This document shows positions 1 through 9,373 of a DNA stretch of 64,000 nucleotides, in pieces. Each line of letters opens with the position of its first letter. The first letter of the stretch is position 1. The notes beneath the pieces were generated by a model. It was not told the origin of the DNA. It worked only from the letters and a program-made list of their open reading frames with translations, and did not search any database. Source of the stretch: a virus (lineage: Duplodnaviria > Heunggongvirae > Uroviricota > Caudoviricetes); the IMG/VR virus record IMGVR_UViG_3300024346_000020; one strand, 5' to 3'. A program made the translations under genes and the position numbers.

Positions 1-159
1 ACAAGTCATGTTCATTATGTGGTAGGAAATGACCAGATGAGATATTTTGGTGCTGATTTAGAAAGTTTTACTGAAAGTTCTATTCCATTTTCGAATGTAG
101 AGGCCTTGCAATATACAAATGTATTAAATACACCGGTAGAAATAAGAGTTTATAATTAA
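1..159 (+). CDS. C-terminal fragment of an upstream protein (partial at window start), hypothetical
   Basis: Open frame from position 1 to TAA at 157-159 with no internal stop; not in the ORF track because it lacks a start codon within the window. Confidence 0.4.
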   Translation, partial: TSHVHYVVGNDQMRYFGADLESFTESSIPFSNVEALQYTNVLNTPVEIRVYN

Positions 160-208
160 GTTGACTTACAATTTTTTATATATAGTTATATAAAAATATT
201 TTAATAAA

Positions 209-2356
209 ATGAGTTATAGTAGTGATAGTTTTTTAAAGCCAATAGGCTCTGATAAAAGTATAAGACTTTTTGATAATGGTGGAAATTTAACATTTACTTT
301 AAAACCAACATTCATTACAGATGTTACTTCAGAAGCAAATCTTTTAAAAGTTACACTAAAAAGTGGTAAGCTAATTACATTAGATTTTATCAACTTTGAT
401 GATACCATATTAGCACAATCTAAACTACAACAACAAATTTCAACATTATTACAAACAAATGATTATGTTGATAATTCAACTCAAGGAGTTGTTGGTTATG
501 TTACTGCACCATTTAGTTATAGTACATTTTTAAGACCCATAACCGAATCTGATAGAAATATTAAGATCATGGATGTTGATTTAATAGTAAAATATACTAT
601 CGATCCATTTTATATTATAAACACAAATGTATCTAATAATCTTTTAAAAATAAGTTTAAAAAGTAATAAAGGTGTTACGTTAGAATTCTCAACTTCTAAT
701 GAAGCTAAATTATCAATTATTAGATTAAAAGAACAAATAGATGTTCTAACCGATAAAGTTCCTTTAATTGTTGATAAAAATGTTTTAAATTATATAGAAA
801 GTAAAATTTTTAGTGGACCAACAGGACCCCAAGGAGCAGAAGGATTACAAGGTCCAGAAGGATTACAAGGTCCAGAAGGTCCACAGGGAATTGAAGGTCC
901 AGAAGGAATACAAGGACCACAAGGACCCCAAGGAGCAGAAGGACCACAAGGAATTGAAGGACCAGAAGGAATTGAAGGACCACAAGGACCACAAGGACTA
1001 CAAGGTCCACAAGGTCTGGAAGGTCCACAAGGTCCACAAGGACCACAAGGAATTGAAGGTCCACAAGGAATTGAAGGTCCACAAGGTACTGCTGGATTTG
1101 GTATAGAATTTCAAGGTCAATTAGGATCTACATCATCATTACCACAGTCATCTACACAAGGGTTTGCATATCTAATAGATAATGTACTTTGGATATATGA
1201 CTCATTTGGTAATTGGGTTGATGGTGGTAATATACAAGGTCCACAAGGAATACAAGGTCTTGAAGGTCCGCAAGGTCCAACAGGTCCAGATGGGATTCAA
1301 GGTCTTGAAGGTCCTACCGGTGCGACTGGTGCTGGTAATTTTTCAGTTGGATTTGAATATGTAATTGGTGTTTTTTCTGCAACTAATTCACTTGTAAATG
1401 GAACTATAAACTTTTCAGCAACCTCATCACTTTCTACAGGTACTTTATATGTAAATACAAATGATATAAATAGTACTTCACTTGCAACATACTTTAATAG
1501 TATAAGTGGAGCTGGATCTTTATCAAATAGGGGTACTTTAATGTTAAGTAAAAAAGGAAGTACTAATACATTTGCCGTTTATAATATATCAACAATAGCA
1601 AGCCTAACAACACATAGGAATTTTAGTGCAACTTATCTATCTGGAAATGGAACATTTAATCAAGGAGATTCAATTATATTCTCTTTTGTTAGAACAGGAA
1701 CTCAAGGTAGTCCAGGTAGTACGGGTGCTCAAGGTAGTCAAGGAATACAAGGTATTCAAGGACCTCAAGGTAACCAAGGAATTCAAGGTGATCAAGGACC
1801 ACAAGGACCAACAGGACCAGCAGGACCACAAGGACCACAAGGACCACAAGGTACAGGAGGTACAGGAGAAAGTATTTCATATCAATATATACAAGGTAGT
1901 TTAGAAACTTTGGTAGAAAGTACAATTGCCGAGCTATCTGGTTTAGTAACTAATGATAGAGGAGATGAATATAAAAAATATAAACTAAAGGGTAGGGCTA
2001 TATTTGATAACTCAGATTCAATCTATGCATTATTAGTTGGAGTTATCTCAATTGATGGTGATGCACCAAAAGAAATAATAAATAGTGCCAATTCATCAAC
2101 AATAGCTACAAAAGGAGTGAATACATTTGTGAATACAACAACTCCATTTACAGTAAATGGATTGGTTAAAGATTTTACTACTGGTAATATAATACCACTA
2201 ACAAATGCTTTCTTTATATTAGATAATAGTATTGCAAGTGAAAGTGATTTTTTTATAACATTATTTGCAGAATCTACTGAAATCTTTTCTGGTTATGTAG
2301 AAATTGATTTAGAAATACTAATTAGTGAAAGACTAAGTGTGACATATTCAAACTAA
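209..2356 (+). CDS. collagen-like (GXY triple-helix repeat) structural protein with a tandem N-terminal domain duplication
   Basis: Three blocks of uninterrupted G-P/E/Q-X triplets ([13 protein letters not shown]..., [19 protein letters not shown]..., [16 protein letters not shown]...[10 protein letters not shown]). Two related ~100-aa N-terminal domains (LTFTLKPTF...[13 protein letters not shown] and IVKYTIDPF...[13 protein letters not shown]). Non-collagen beta-rich C-terminus. Confidence 0.85.
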   Translation: MSYSSDSFLKPIGSDKSIRLFDNGGNLTFTLKPTFITDVTSEANLLKVTLKSGKLITLDFINFDDTILAQSKLQQQISTLLQTNDYVDNSTQGVVGYVTAPFSYSTFLRPITESDRNIKIMDVDLIVKYTIDPFYIINTNVSNNLLKISLKSNKGVTLEFSTSNEAKLSIIRLKEQIDVLTDKVPLIVDKNVLNYIESKIFSGPTGPQGAEGLQGPEGLQGPEGPQGIEGPEGIQGPQGPQGAEGPQGIEGPEGIEGPQGPQGLQGPQGLEGPQGPQGPQGIEGPQGIEGPQGTAGFGIEFQGQLGSTSSLPQSSTQGFAYLIDNVLWIYDSFGNWVDGGNIQGPQGIQGLEGPQGPTGPDGIQGLEGPTGATGAGNFSVGFEYVIGVFSATNSLVNGTINFSATSSLSTGTLYVNTNDINSTSLATYFNSISGAGSLSNRGTLMLSKKGSTNTFAVYNISTIASLTTHRNFSATYLSGNGTFNQGDSIIFSFVRTGTQGSPGSTGAQGSQGIQGIQGPQGNQGIQGDQGPQGPTGPAGPQGPQGPQGTGGTGESISYQYIQGSLETLVESTIAELSGLVTNDRGDEYKKYKLKGRAIFDNSDSIYALLVGVISIDGDAPKEIINSANSSTIATKGVNTFVNTTTPFTVNGLVKDFTTGNIIPLTNAFFILDNSIASESDFFITLFAESTEIFSGYVEIDLEILISERLSVTYSN
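818..1095. repeat. GXY-encoding nucleotide repeat block 1 (ggtccacaagga-type 9-nt periodicity)
   Basis: Directly visible tandem ggwccwcaagg units; accounts for the shadow ORFs 810..1082(-) and 813..1106(+). Confidence 0.8.
1222..1336. repeat. GXY-encoding repeat block 2
   Basis: caaggtccacaagg / caaggtcttgaaggtcc repeats. Confidence 0.7.
1693..1868. repeat. GXY-encoding repeat block 3
   Basis: caaggtagtcaagg...caaggaccacaagg tandem units. Confidence 0.7.
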
Positions 2357-2684
2357 AAAATATATAAAAATAATGGCTACAGAAACAAATCCACTAGAAA
2401 TAACTACAATAAATGGTTATTTTTCAAAAATATATGAAGGAAAGCAACTTGGAGACTTTTATGCTGCACTAAATGATAGACTATCTTCTTATGTACAAAA
2501 GTAGAGCATAGTGATCCGGTGGTTCCGCATGGAAGGGCCATCGCTCAAAGGATAAAAGAAGCTATAGAAAGATTTGTTATGGACGGAACTCCGATCCCTC
2601 AATCGATAATTGATGAAAGAGAAGAATTAAAAACACAATATCATAATACAATAAACTCTTTATAAAGATTTCTATATAAGTTAG

Positions 2685-5600
2685 ATGAAAGTTAGAGCAC
2701 ATACCTGTTATTTAGGTCATACTGGTTTTGCAGCACACGCAAGAAATTTTTTTAGAGAATTATCAAAACATGTTGATTTAAGAGTTAGAAATTATACTTG
2801 TGATACCAATCCTAAATTAGATGAAATTGACTATTCAATTTTAGATAAAATTACATTAAGTAATTCAGATAATACATATTCTGATTACCCTATATCACAC
2901 TCATTTCCAAATTTACCTTGGACACATAAACAAGATTTTGAACAAGATGTTGATATTGTACTTATGGATATGCACCATAACTATTTCTACCAAGATTATA
3001 AAGCTAAAATTAAAATAGCTTACACTGTTTGGGAAAGTACTGAGCTAGAGCAAGTATTTTTCAATCAACTTCTAAAGTTTGACTACATTTGGGTTGTTAC
3101 ACAATGGCACAAAGATATGATTATTAAACAAGGTTATCCTGCTGATAAAGTTTTTGTTGTAAATGAAGGAGTAAACTCTATATTTTTTGACCATATTGAG
3201 AGTAATAATGATAAATTCAAATTTATGTTTTTTGGTAGATGGGATTATAGAAAAGCAGTACCAGAGATAATTGATACCTTTTTAAAATCATTCCCGAATA
3301 ATGATAATGTAGAACTTATTTTAAGTGCAGATAATCTCTATTCAGTAGATGGATTTAATTCAACTGAGGAAAGATTAAAACATTATAACTTTAATGATGA
3401 TAGAATAAAAGTTCTTCATTTTCCAAAATATGAGGAGTATGTAAACTATATTAAAACCGGTAATGTCTTAATTACGTGTGCTCGTAGTGAAGGTTGGAAT
3501 ATCCCTTTGATAGAAGCTATGGCAGCAGGAACTCCAGTAATATACTCAAATTGGGGTGCTCAATTAGAATTTGCACAAGGATTAGGAAATCCAGTTTCTA
3601 TAAGAACAGAATTACCTGCAAACATTGGTAGAGACTTAGGACTTGCTGGGGATACACCTGGGCTATATGCGGAACCTGATTATAACGACTTACAGAGAGT
3701 TTTAGTTGATTGTTATGAAAACTATACTAATAAAAAAGAAACTGCCTTAAAAGATGCCGAAATAATTAAAAATAAATTTAATTGGACAAGGATAGGTCAA
3801 GATTCATTCAACATATTAAAAAGTTTAAACTTGATTACTAAATTAGATGCAGTTGTAATAATGTCACATGCAGATGACCAAGAGAAACTAAACTTATTAG
3901 AACAATGTATAAATGTAAATAAGAATAAGGGTTATACTGTTATTTTATCATCTCATATAAAAGTACCTGATTATATATCAGACTTGGTAGATTATGTAAT
4001 TATTGATAAAGATAATCCAACTATTAATTCAAAGGAAGCAAATTTATATGGTTATCTACCATATACATATTGGAATCACACTGACTGTGATATTACATTA
4101 CCATTTCAATATAATCATAGTTATGCTGCACTTAAACTAATAAAAAATGGGTTATCGCTTGCAATTGTTAATAGTTTTAAAAAGGTTCATTTTGTAAATT
4201 ATGATTATATAATAAATACCAATTTACTAGAAGAAAATTCACATTTATTAAATAAATATGAATTTGTTGGATATGGATTTAATATAGGAGAATCTATATC
4301 AGTCAATAGTGGGTTATTTTCAGTGCAGAGTAATTCTTTTTATAAAATCATAGAACCATTAAATTCAAAGAAAAATTATTTTAAATATAAAAATAAGGGA
4401 TTTTTAGAAGATGTTATTGGTTCTGCTTTAGAGGAATTTAATATAAAAACAAATATTAGTGATATAGAACTCTTAAAACCAAACAATATTATAAATGCAG
4501 TCGAGATAAATAATAGATGGTTGAGTAAGTCTGGTTGTATAGTAGGGAATTCAGAAGAAGACTATTATATTATATTTATGCAAAATAATAATCAAAAGTA
4601 TATAATAAACAATAAGTATGAAATTATTGCGGATATACCCCGAAAATTAGTTAAAATTGATAAAAGTGATATATTAAAAGGAATCACCATATCAGATGAA
4701 CAAGAAACATTTATCGATTTATTTAATAGTGATAACTCAAATGCAAATATTATCATTAAAAATCATTTAATAAAGAGAGATATTAATGATAATAAATTTG
4801 AAATCAAAAATAGAATTGATATAAAGTATTTAGATGGTCCATTTGTTGAGATACTTGGTGATTCTGGTTATAAATATCTTGTTAAGTTTATTGATTCTGA
4901 TAAAAATAAAGTATTATACGAATGTATAATATCATCAAATCAATGGACTAGATGCTCTATTAGATATTTTGTGAATTGGAGAATTCAAGTTGAAAATCTA
5001 ACAACTAAAGAGATAACTATAGATGAATTTAACTTAAATAATAAAATCGTTAGAGTTAGCTTAGAATCATCATCTTTAGGAGATACCTTAGCTTGGACAC
5101 CACATATAAATGAATTTGCAGAAAAAAATAACTGTATTGTGATTGTTAGTACATTCAAAAACTTTTTATTTGATACTGAGAAATATCCTAGATTAAATTT
5201 TGTAAATCCTGGAGCAACTTATGAGAATACTTATTGTAGTTATACGATAGGATGGTTTTATGATAATAATAAAATGAATGTTTATAAAAATCCAAGAGAA
5301 TTTAAAAATATTCCTTTACAAGCAACAACATCCGATATTTTAGGATTAGAAGAAAGTTCAATAAAACCATTTATTAAAGTAAATGATAAAAATTCTCCAT
5401 TAGATAATAAATATATCTGTATTGCAGTACACTCAACTGCACAAGCAAAGTATTGGAATAATCCAACTGGGTGGCAGGATATTGTAGACCATTATAAATT
5501 AAATGGTTATGAAGTAGTTATTGTAAGTTCAGAAGAAGATGGATATATGGGTAATAAAAATCCAGAAGGTGTTATTCATATGAAAGATACTTCAATGGAT

Positions 5601-5915
5601 ACCTTAATAACATATTTATACAATTGTGAGATGTTTATTGGTATAAGTTCAGGTATCAGTTGGTTATCTTGGGCTTTAAATAAAAAGACTGTGATTATAT
5701 CAGGATTTAGTAAACCTATTACTGAACCATTAGATGAAAATATTATTAGAATATTTAATGAATCTGTTTGTAATGGATGTTTTAATTCACATAGATTAGA
5801 TGCAGGTGATTGGAATTGGTGTCCTATAAATAAAGGAACTGATAAACAATTTGAATGTAGTAAATCAATTACATCTAAACAAGTAATCTCTACAATAGAG
5901 TCTAGTAAAAATTAA
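2685..5915 (+). CDS. large multidomain glycosyltransferase (GT4-like Rossmann domain plus a C-terminal GT9/heptosyltransferase-like domain)
   Basis: ITCARSEGWNIPLIEAMAAGTPVI is the canonical GT4/GT1 E-x7-E sugar-donor motif. The C-terminal CIAVHSTAQAKYWNNPTGWQDIVDHYKLNGYEVVIVS resembles the ADP-heptose transferase (GT9) fold. 1076 aa. Confidence 0.7.
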   Translation: MKVRAHTCYLGHTGFAAHARNFFRELSKHVDLRVRNYTCDTNPKLDEIDYSILDKITLSNSDNTYSDYPISHSFPNLPWTHKQDFEQDVDIVLMDMHHNYFYQDYKAKIKIAYTVWESTELEQVFFNQLLKFDYIWVVTQWHKDMIIKQGYPADKVFVVNEGVNSIFFDHIESNNDKFKFMFFGRWDYRKAVPEIIDTFLKSFPNNDNVELILSADNLYSVDGFNSTEERLKHYNFNDDRIKVLHFPKYEEYVNYIKTGNVLITCARSEGWNIPLIEAMAAGTPVIYSNWGAQLEFAQGLGNPVSIRTELPANIGRDLGLAGDTPGLYAEPDYNDLQRVLVDCYENYTNKKETALKDAEIIKNKFNWTRIGQDSFNILKSLNLITKLDAVVIMSHADDQEKLNLLEQCINVNKNKGYTVILSSHIKVPDYISDLVDYVIIDKDNPTINSKEANLYGYLPYTYWNHTDCDITLPFQYNHSYAALKLIKNGLSLAIVNSFKKVHFVNYDYIINTNLLEENSHLLNKYEFVGYGFNIGESISVNSGLFSVQSNSFYKIIEPLNSKKNYFKYKNKGFLEDVIGSALEEFNIKTNISDIELLKPNNIINAVEINNRWLSKSGCIVGNSEEDYYIIFMQNNNQKYIINNKYEIIADIPRKLVKIDKSDILKGITISDEQETFIDLFNSDNSNANIIIKNHLIKRDINDNKFEIKNRIDIKYLDGPFVEILGDSGYKYLVKFIDSDKNKVLYECIISSNQWTRCSIRYFVNWRIQVENLTTKEITIDEFNLNNKIVRVSLESSSLGDTLAWTPHINEFAEKNNCIVIVSTFKNFLFDTEKYPRLNFVNPGATYENTYCSYTIGWFYDNNKMNVYKNPREFKNIPLQATTSDILGLEESSIKPFIKVNDKNSPLDNKYICIAVHSTAQAKYWNNPTGWQDIVDHYKLNGYEVVIVSSEEDGYMGNKNPEGVIHMKDTSMDTLITYLYNCEMFIGISSGISWLSWALNKKTVIISGFSKPITEPLDENIIRIFNESVCNGCFNSHRLDAGDWNWCPINKGTDKQFECSKSITSKQVISTIESSKN

Positions 5916-5947
5916 ATAAAGTAAAATATATTTTTAATATATACTCT

Positions 5948-6901
5948 ATGATAAAGAAGTATTTAGAGTTTATTAAAGAATCTGAATTACAAGACTTCAA
6001 TTCACTTGGAGAGTGGGTTGAGTCTTTGTATGATGATGAATATGTTAAAAACATAGTAAATCGATTTTTAGGAGATATACCTTCTAATATAAGACTGTCT
6101 AATGCTATAAATACATTAGAACAATCTGAACAAGATGATATTAAATCACAAATTGATACTTATCTTCAAAATGGTATCGAAGAAAAAGAACCTGAGATTT
6201 TGGTTTCAACCGAAATCAATGAGTCTGCTGAAATTACAATTGCTGGTAAATCAATCTTTAATTCATTTTTAAAATCATTGACCGCACTAGGTCAAAAAGA
6301 GAAAGGCTCAAATGTTGAAAAATGTCCTTCTCATTTCTTATTATTTTATTATTATCCAGACCTATCATCAGAAGATGTTAAATCTGTATTTAGTAGATTC
6401 AAATCATTGACAAGATATTTAGATATGATTGATTATGGTAAAAATGAATGTGGTCTTTACTTTGGTATTAAATGTGATGGAACATTTGAATATGGTGTTA
6501 CTTATGATAAATTAAATCCAATTGGACAATTCAAACTAACTCCTTCAGTTTTAAGATGGTTAGTAACTATTGAATCTAAATCAGCAGCTTCTTTGAAAAA
6601 GGAAATAGTAAATATATCACATACTGATATGTTACTTCTTGGTAAGATTAAAACCGATATGAAAGATTTTAAACCTGGATATTTTGAGAAAGAATCTAAA
6701 CCAACAATTAGCGATAAGGTAATTTCATTTGGATACTATGGTATTGGTAAATGGGATAATGGTAAATTAGATGAAGGTGAGTTACTGAATATTAAAAATA
6801 ATTTCACTGCTTGGGTTATGACTAAAAAATGGGGTCAAAAAGTTCTGATTAGTGTTAAACCACACTCATTTTGGTTATATGTACATATTAAGTTGAAGTA
6901 A
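5948..6901 (+). CDS. hypothetical protein with a capsid-targeting-like N-terminus (MIKKYLEFIKE)
   Basis: Long ORF; N-terminal M-[IK]-K-Y-L-E-F-I-K-E contains I-x-E. TAA stop overlaps the next gene's start (ATGA). Confidence 0.6.
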   Translation: MIKKYLEFIKESELQDFNSLGEWVESLYDDEYVKNIVNRFLGDIPSNIRLSNAINTLEQSEQDDIKSQIDTYLQNGIEEKEPEILVSTEINESAEITIAGKSIFNSFLKSLTALGQKEKGSNVEKCPSHFLLFYYYPDLSSEDVKSVFSRFKSLTRYLDMIDYGKNECGLYFGIKCDGTFEYGVTYDKLNPIGQFKLTPSVLRWLVTIESKSAASLKKEIVNISHTDMLLLGKIKTDMKDFKPGYFEKESKPTISDKVISFGYYGIGKWDNGKLDEGELLNIKNNFTAWVMTKKWGQKVLISVKPHSFWLYVHIKLK

Positions 6902-7335
6902 TGAAGTATTTGAAGTTTTATAAATTATTTGAAAATTTTTATATTGAAGACTTTATAAATGAACTAAAGGAAATAAGTGAGATGTATTTGGCTTACTTAC
7001 TAGATGATAATAATATTGAGGTTGGTGTATATGAATATCAATTCATAGATGAGTGTATAGTAATAGAGGTCTACTCAGTAGATGATAAAAATATAAAATG
7101 GGATAAACTTAAAAATCATTTAATTCCATTTGTAGAAATTATAAATAAGAAATATAAGTTAGTTCCAGAGAATACGGATTTAGATGATGAACAAGTTTTA
7201 GATGATGAACAAGTTGTATTACTATGGGATAGTAATAGTGAAACTACTCCATTTACAATAGAGGAATTAAAATCACATCCTATAAAAGAAGCTTCAGGAA
7301 TGAGCATTTATGTAAAATATAATAATGAGATATGA
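6901..7335 (+). CDS. hypothetical acidic protein with a capsid-targeting-like N-terminus (MKYLKFYKLFE); internal DLDDEQVLDDEQV duplication
   Basis: Start is translationally coupled with the previous stop. Tandem peptide repeat. Acidic. Confidence 0.6.
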   Translation: MKYLKFYKLFENFYIEDFINELKEISEMYLAYLLDDNNIEVGVYEYQFIDECIVIEVYSVDDKNIKWDKLKNHLIPFVEIINKKYKLVPENTDLDDEQVLDDEQVVLLWDSNSETTPFTIEELKSHPIKEASGMSIYVKYNNEI

Positions 7336-7619
7336 GATATTTAAGAAAATATAACGAGAACACTTTTGATAAACATCATGCAGTTGTAAAGATTAAAGAA
7401 CAGTTCACAGAAGAAACTGTTTCTGAAATGCTTGCAGATGAGGTAAAAGAATGGGTTGAAGAAGGCGATTATGAAGCAGTCAGTAATGGCGAAGCAGAAG
7501 ATATTATCATTCATCAACTAATTTCTTGGTATAAAAAAGAGTTTAATAAACAATTAGATGAAGAACAAGAGTCTGAACTAGAAACTGAACTTAAACAAGA
7601 ATACAAAACTCTAAACTAA
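7332..7619 (+). CDS. hypothetical acidic protein with a capsid-targeting-like N-terminus (MRYLRKYNE)
   Basis: ATGA overlap with the upstream gene; highly acidic (EEGDYEAV...EEQESELETE). Confidence 0.55.
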   Translation: MRYLRKYNENTFDKHHAVVKIKEQFTEETVSEMLADEVKEWVEEGDYEAVSNGEAEDIIIHQLISWYKKEFNKQLDEEQESELETELKQEYKTLN

Positions 7620-7654
7620 AATGATAATTTTTCTATAATAAACAAATTTTTATT

Positions 7655-7978
7655 ATGAAACATTTAAAAAATACCAGAAAAGATACCCAGAATAAATGGG
7701 ATAATCTTATTGGAAATATAGGTCTAACTGGATCTAAAGCCACCTGGATGTCTCAGTATGTTGGTTTACAATCACAATCAATAACACAATCAAATTTTCC
7801 TAGTATGCTTCCAATTGCAATGAAAGTTGCTGCACAAACTGTAGGATTAGATTTAGTATCAGTTCAACCAATGTCTGCACCACTAGGTACTTTACATTAT
7901 ATGGACTATCAATATGGTGACATGAAACATATAACAAGAAAAAGAAAAATTAATAATATATTTAAAGTCAATGAGTAG
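7655..7978 (+). CDS. hypothetical protein
   Basis: ORF only. Confidence 0.45.
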   Translation: MKHLKNTRKDTQNKWDNLIGNIGLTGSKATWMSQYVGLQSQSITQSNFPSMLPIAMKVAAQTVGLDLVSVQPMSAPLGTLHYMDYQYGDMKHITRKRKINNIFKVNE

Positions 7979-8138
7979 ATATATAGCACCTGAAGTCAAG
8001 CTTTATGTGGGTAAAAGACTTAGAAAATATAATCGTTTAAAAAAATTGAGAAGATTATTAGGTCTACCGGAAAAGAATATGTTTATTAGTCCTGGAGTCT
8101 ATACAAGGGAATATGATTCTAGTTTTGTAGAAATGTAA
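7971..8138 (+). CDS. small basic hypothetical protein (55 aa, below the ORF-track cutoff)
   Basis: ATG at 7971 overlaps the previous stop; MSRYIAPEVKLYVGKRLRKYNRLKKLRRLLG...; fills an otherwise empty 190-nt gap. Confidence 0.25.
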   Translation: MSRYIAPEVKLYVGKRLRKYNRLKKLRRLLGLPEKNMFISPGVYTREYDSSFVEM

Positions 8139-8172
8139 AAAAGAGGATCATGAAGAAGTAATATATACTTCT

Positions 8173-8505
8173 ATGACAAACATATATTTAATTTGTGCGG
8201 ATATAGAAGGTGAAAAACTACATAAAATAGGTTTCACTAAAAGAAAGATTGAAACAAGACTAAAAGAGTTTAAGACTGGAAATGCAGCAGATCTTTATTT
8301 AGTAGATTCTTTCAAATCGAAATGGGGAACTAAGATAGAATCAAGTCTCCATAGAATCTTTAGAAGTAAAAGAGTTAGAGGTGAATGGTTTAATCTAACA
8401 AAAGAAGATGTACACTCATTTAATGGTTACTGTCAAACCTTACACGATAACTTTGAGTTTATCACTGAGCACAATACATACTACTTAGATAAACCCAACT
8501 TTTAG
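8173..8505 (+). CDS. T5orf172 / MUG113 (GIY-YIG-like) domain protein
   Basis: IYLI...KIGFTKRKIETRLKEF...LHRIF...RVRGEWFNL matches the T5orf172 domain signature (GIY-YIG superfamily), including the terminal GEWF. Confidence 0.6.
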   Translation: MTNIYLICADIEGEKLHKIGFTKRKIETRLKEFKTGNAADLYLVDSFKSKWGTKIESSLHRIFRSKRVRGEWFNLTKEDVHSFNGYCQTLHDNFEFITEHNTYYLDKPNF

Positions 8506-8537
8506 TAATAAATAAATATAAAAAATAAAATATAAGT

Positions 8538-8810
8538 ATGAGTTCACTTAAAGAATTTTCAATTAGAGAATATATTTCAAAAATTGACTTTGTAAATGAT
8601 GATTGGAAAATCTCACAAATTAAAGAAGATATGCGTAGATTTTTAGGAGAAGAACCTGGAATCGATGTAATCTATAAGAAAGACGTAATGGTAAACGAAT
8701 TTTCTGGAGAAGCAAAAGAGTTTGTTGATGTAGATAAAATACAAATCGTTTTTACGGATACTGATGATAAATTTAAAAAACTCGAATTTGTTGTTGGACA
8801 AAAATTATAA
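8538..8810 (+). CDS. hypothetical protein
   Basis: ORF only. Confidence 0.4.
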   Translation: MSSLKEFSIREYISKIDFVNDDWKISQIKEDMRRFLGEEPGIDVIYKKDVMVNEFSGEAKEFVDVDKIQIVFTDTDDKFKKLEFVVGQKL

Positions 8811-8816
8811 TTAAAT

Positions 8817-9041
8817 ATGAAACTAGAAGACTACTATTTAGACCTTGATAAAGTATCAAATCTAAAGACAGAAGAAGAAAAACAACACATACATAACTAT
8901 TATAAAGATATGATGTATGCTATCACAGATAATTTAACTGATAGAGCAAATAGTATTATGAATACCTTAGTTAGAGGAGGTTACTTGAAAAATGTAACAC
9001 AAGAAGAAAGACAAGAAAAAATTGAAACTATATTAGGATAA
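8817..9041 (+). CDS. hypothetical protein
   Basis: ORF only. Confidence 0.4.
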   Translation: MKLEDYYLDLDKVSNLKTEEEKQHIHNYYKDMMYAITDNLTDRANSIMNTLVRGGYLKNVTQEERQEKIETILG

Positions 9042-9325
9042 TGACCTTTGATATAATTGAATATTTAGGAAAATTTGAAGATGGTGTTTTAGTACTTATT
9101 TCATTAAATTATGAAGATAACTACTATGACACCACTTTTTATTATAAAGATAATTTTGTAACACTAACAATAGATGATGACTTAGAACAAATTATAGGTC
9201 AGGTGGAACTATGGTCAGGTTATAATAACTTAGTCTTAGATATAATGAAAAAAGTTATTCCTGGTGATGAAATTTTAGGAAGACTTGATGAAATTGACTT
9301 TTCAGGTTTCTTTGATGAAGAATAA
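9041..9325 (+). CDS. hypothetical acidic protein
   Basis: ORF; stop/start overlap with the upstream gene. Confidence 0.4.
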   Translation: MTFDIIEYLGKFEDGVLVLISLNYEDNYYDTTFYYKDNFVTLTIDDDLEQIIGQVELWSGYNNLVLDIMKKVIPGDEILGRLDEIDFSGFFDEE

Positions 9326-9373
9326 TCAACTTATATAAGCATTTACTATATAAATAAGAAATTATTATATTAA

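Noticed and set aside
810-1106. ORFs 810..1082(-) and 813..1106(+) rich in VDL/KDHK repeats
   Set aside because: They are alternative-frame and antisense readings of the GXY collagen repeat DNA inside the 209..2356 gene and owe their openness to the 9-nt periodicity; the same applies to 1182..1364, 1626..1904 and 1689..1925
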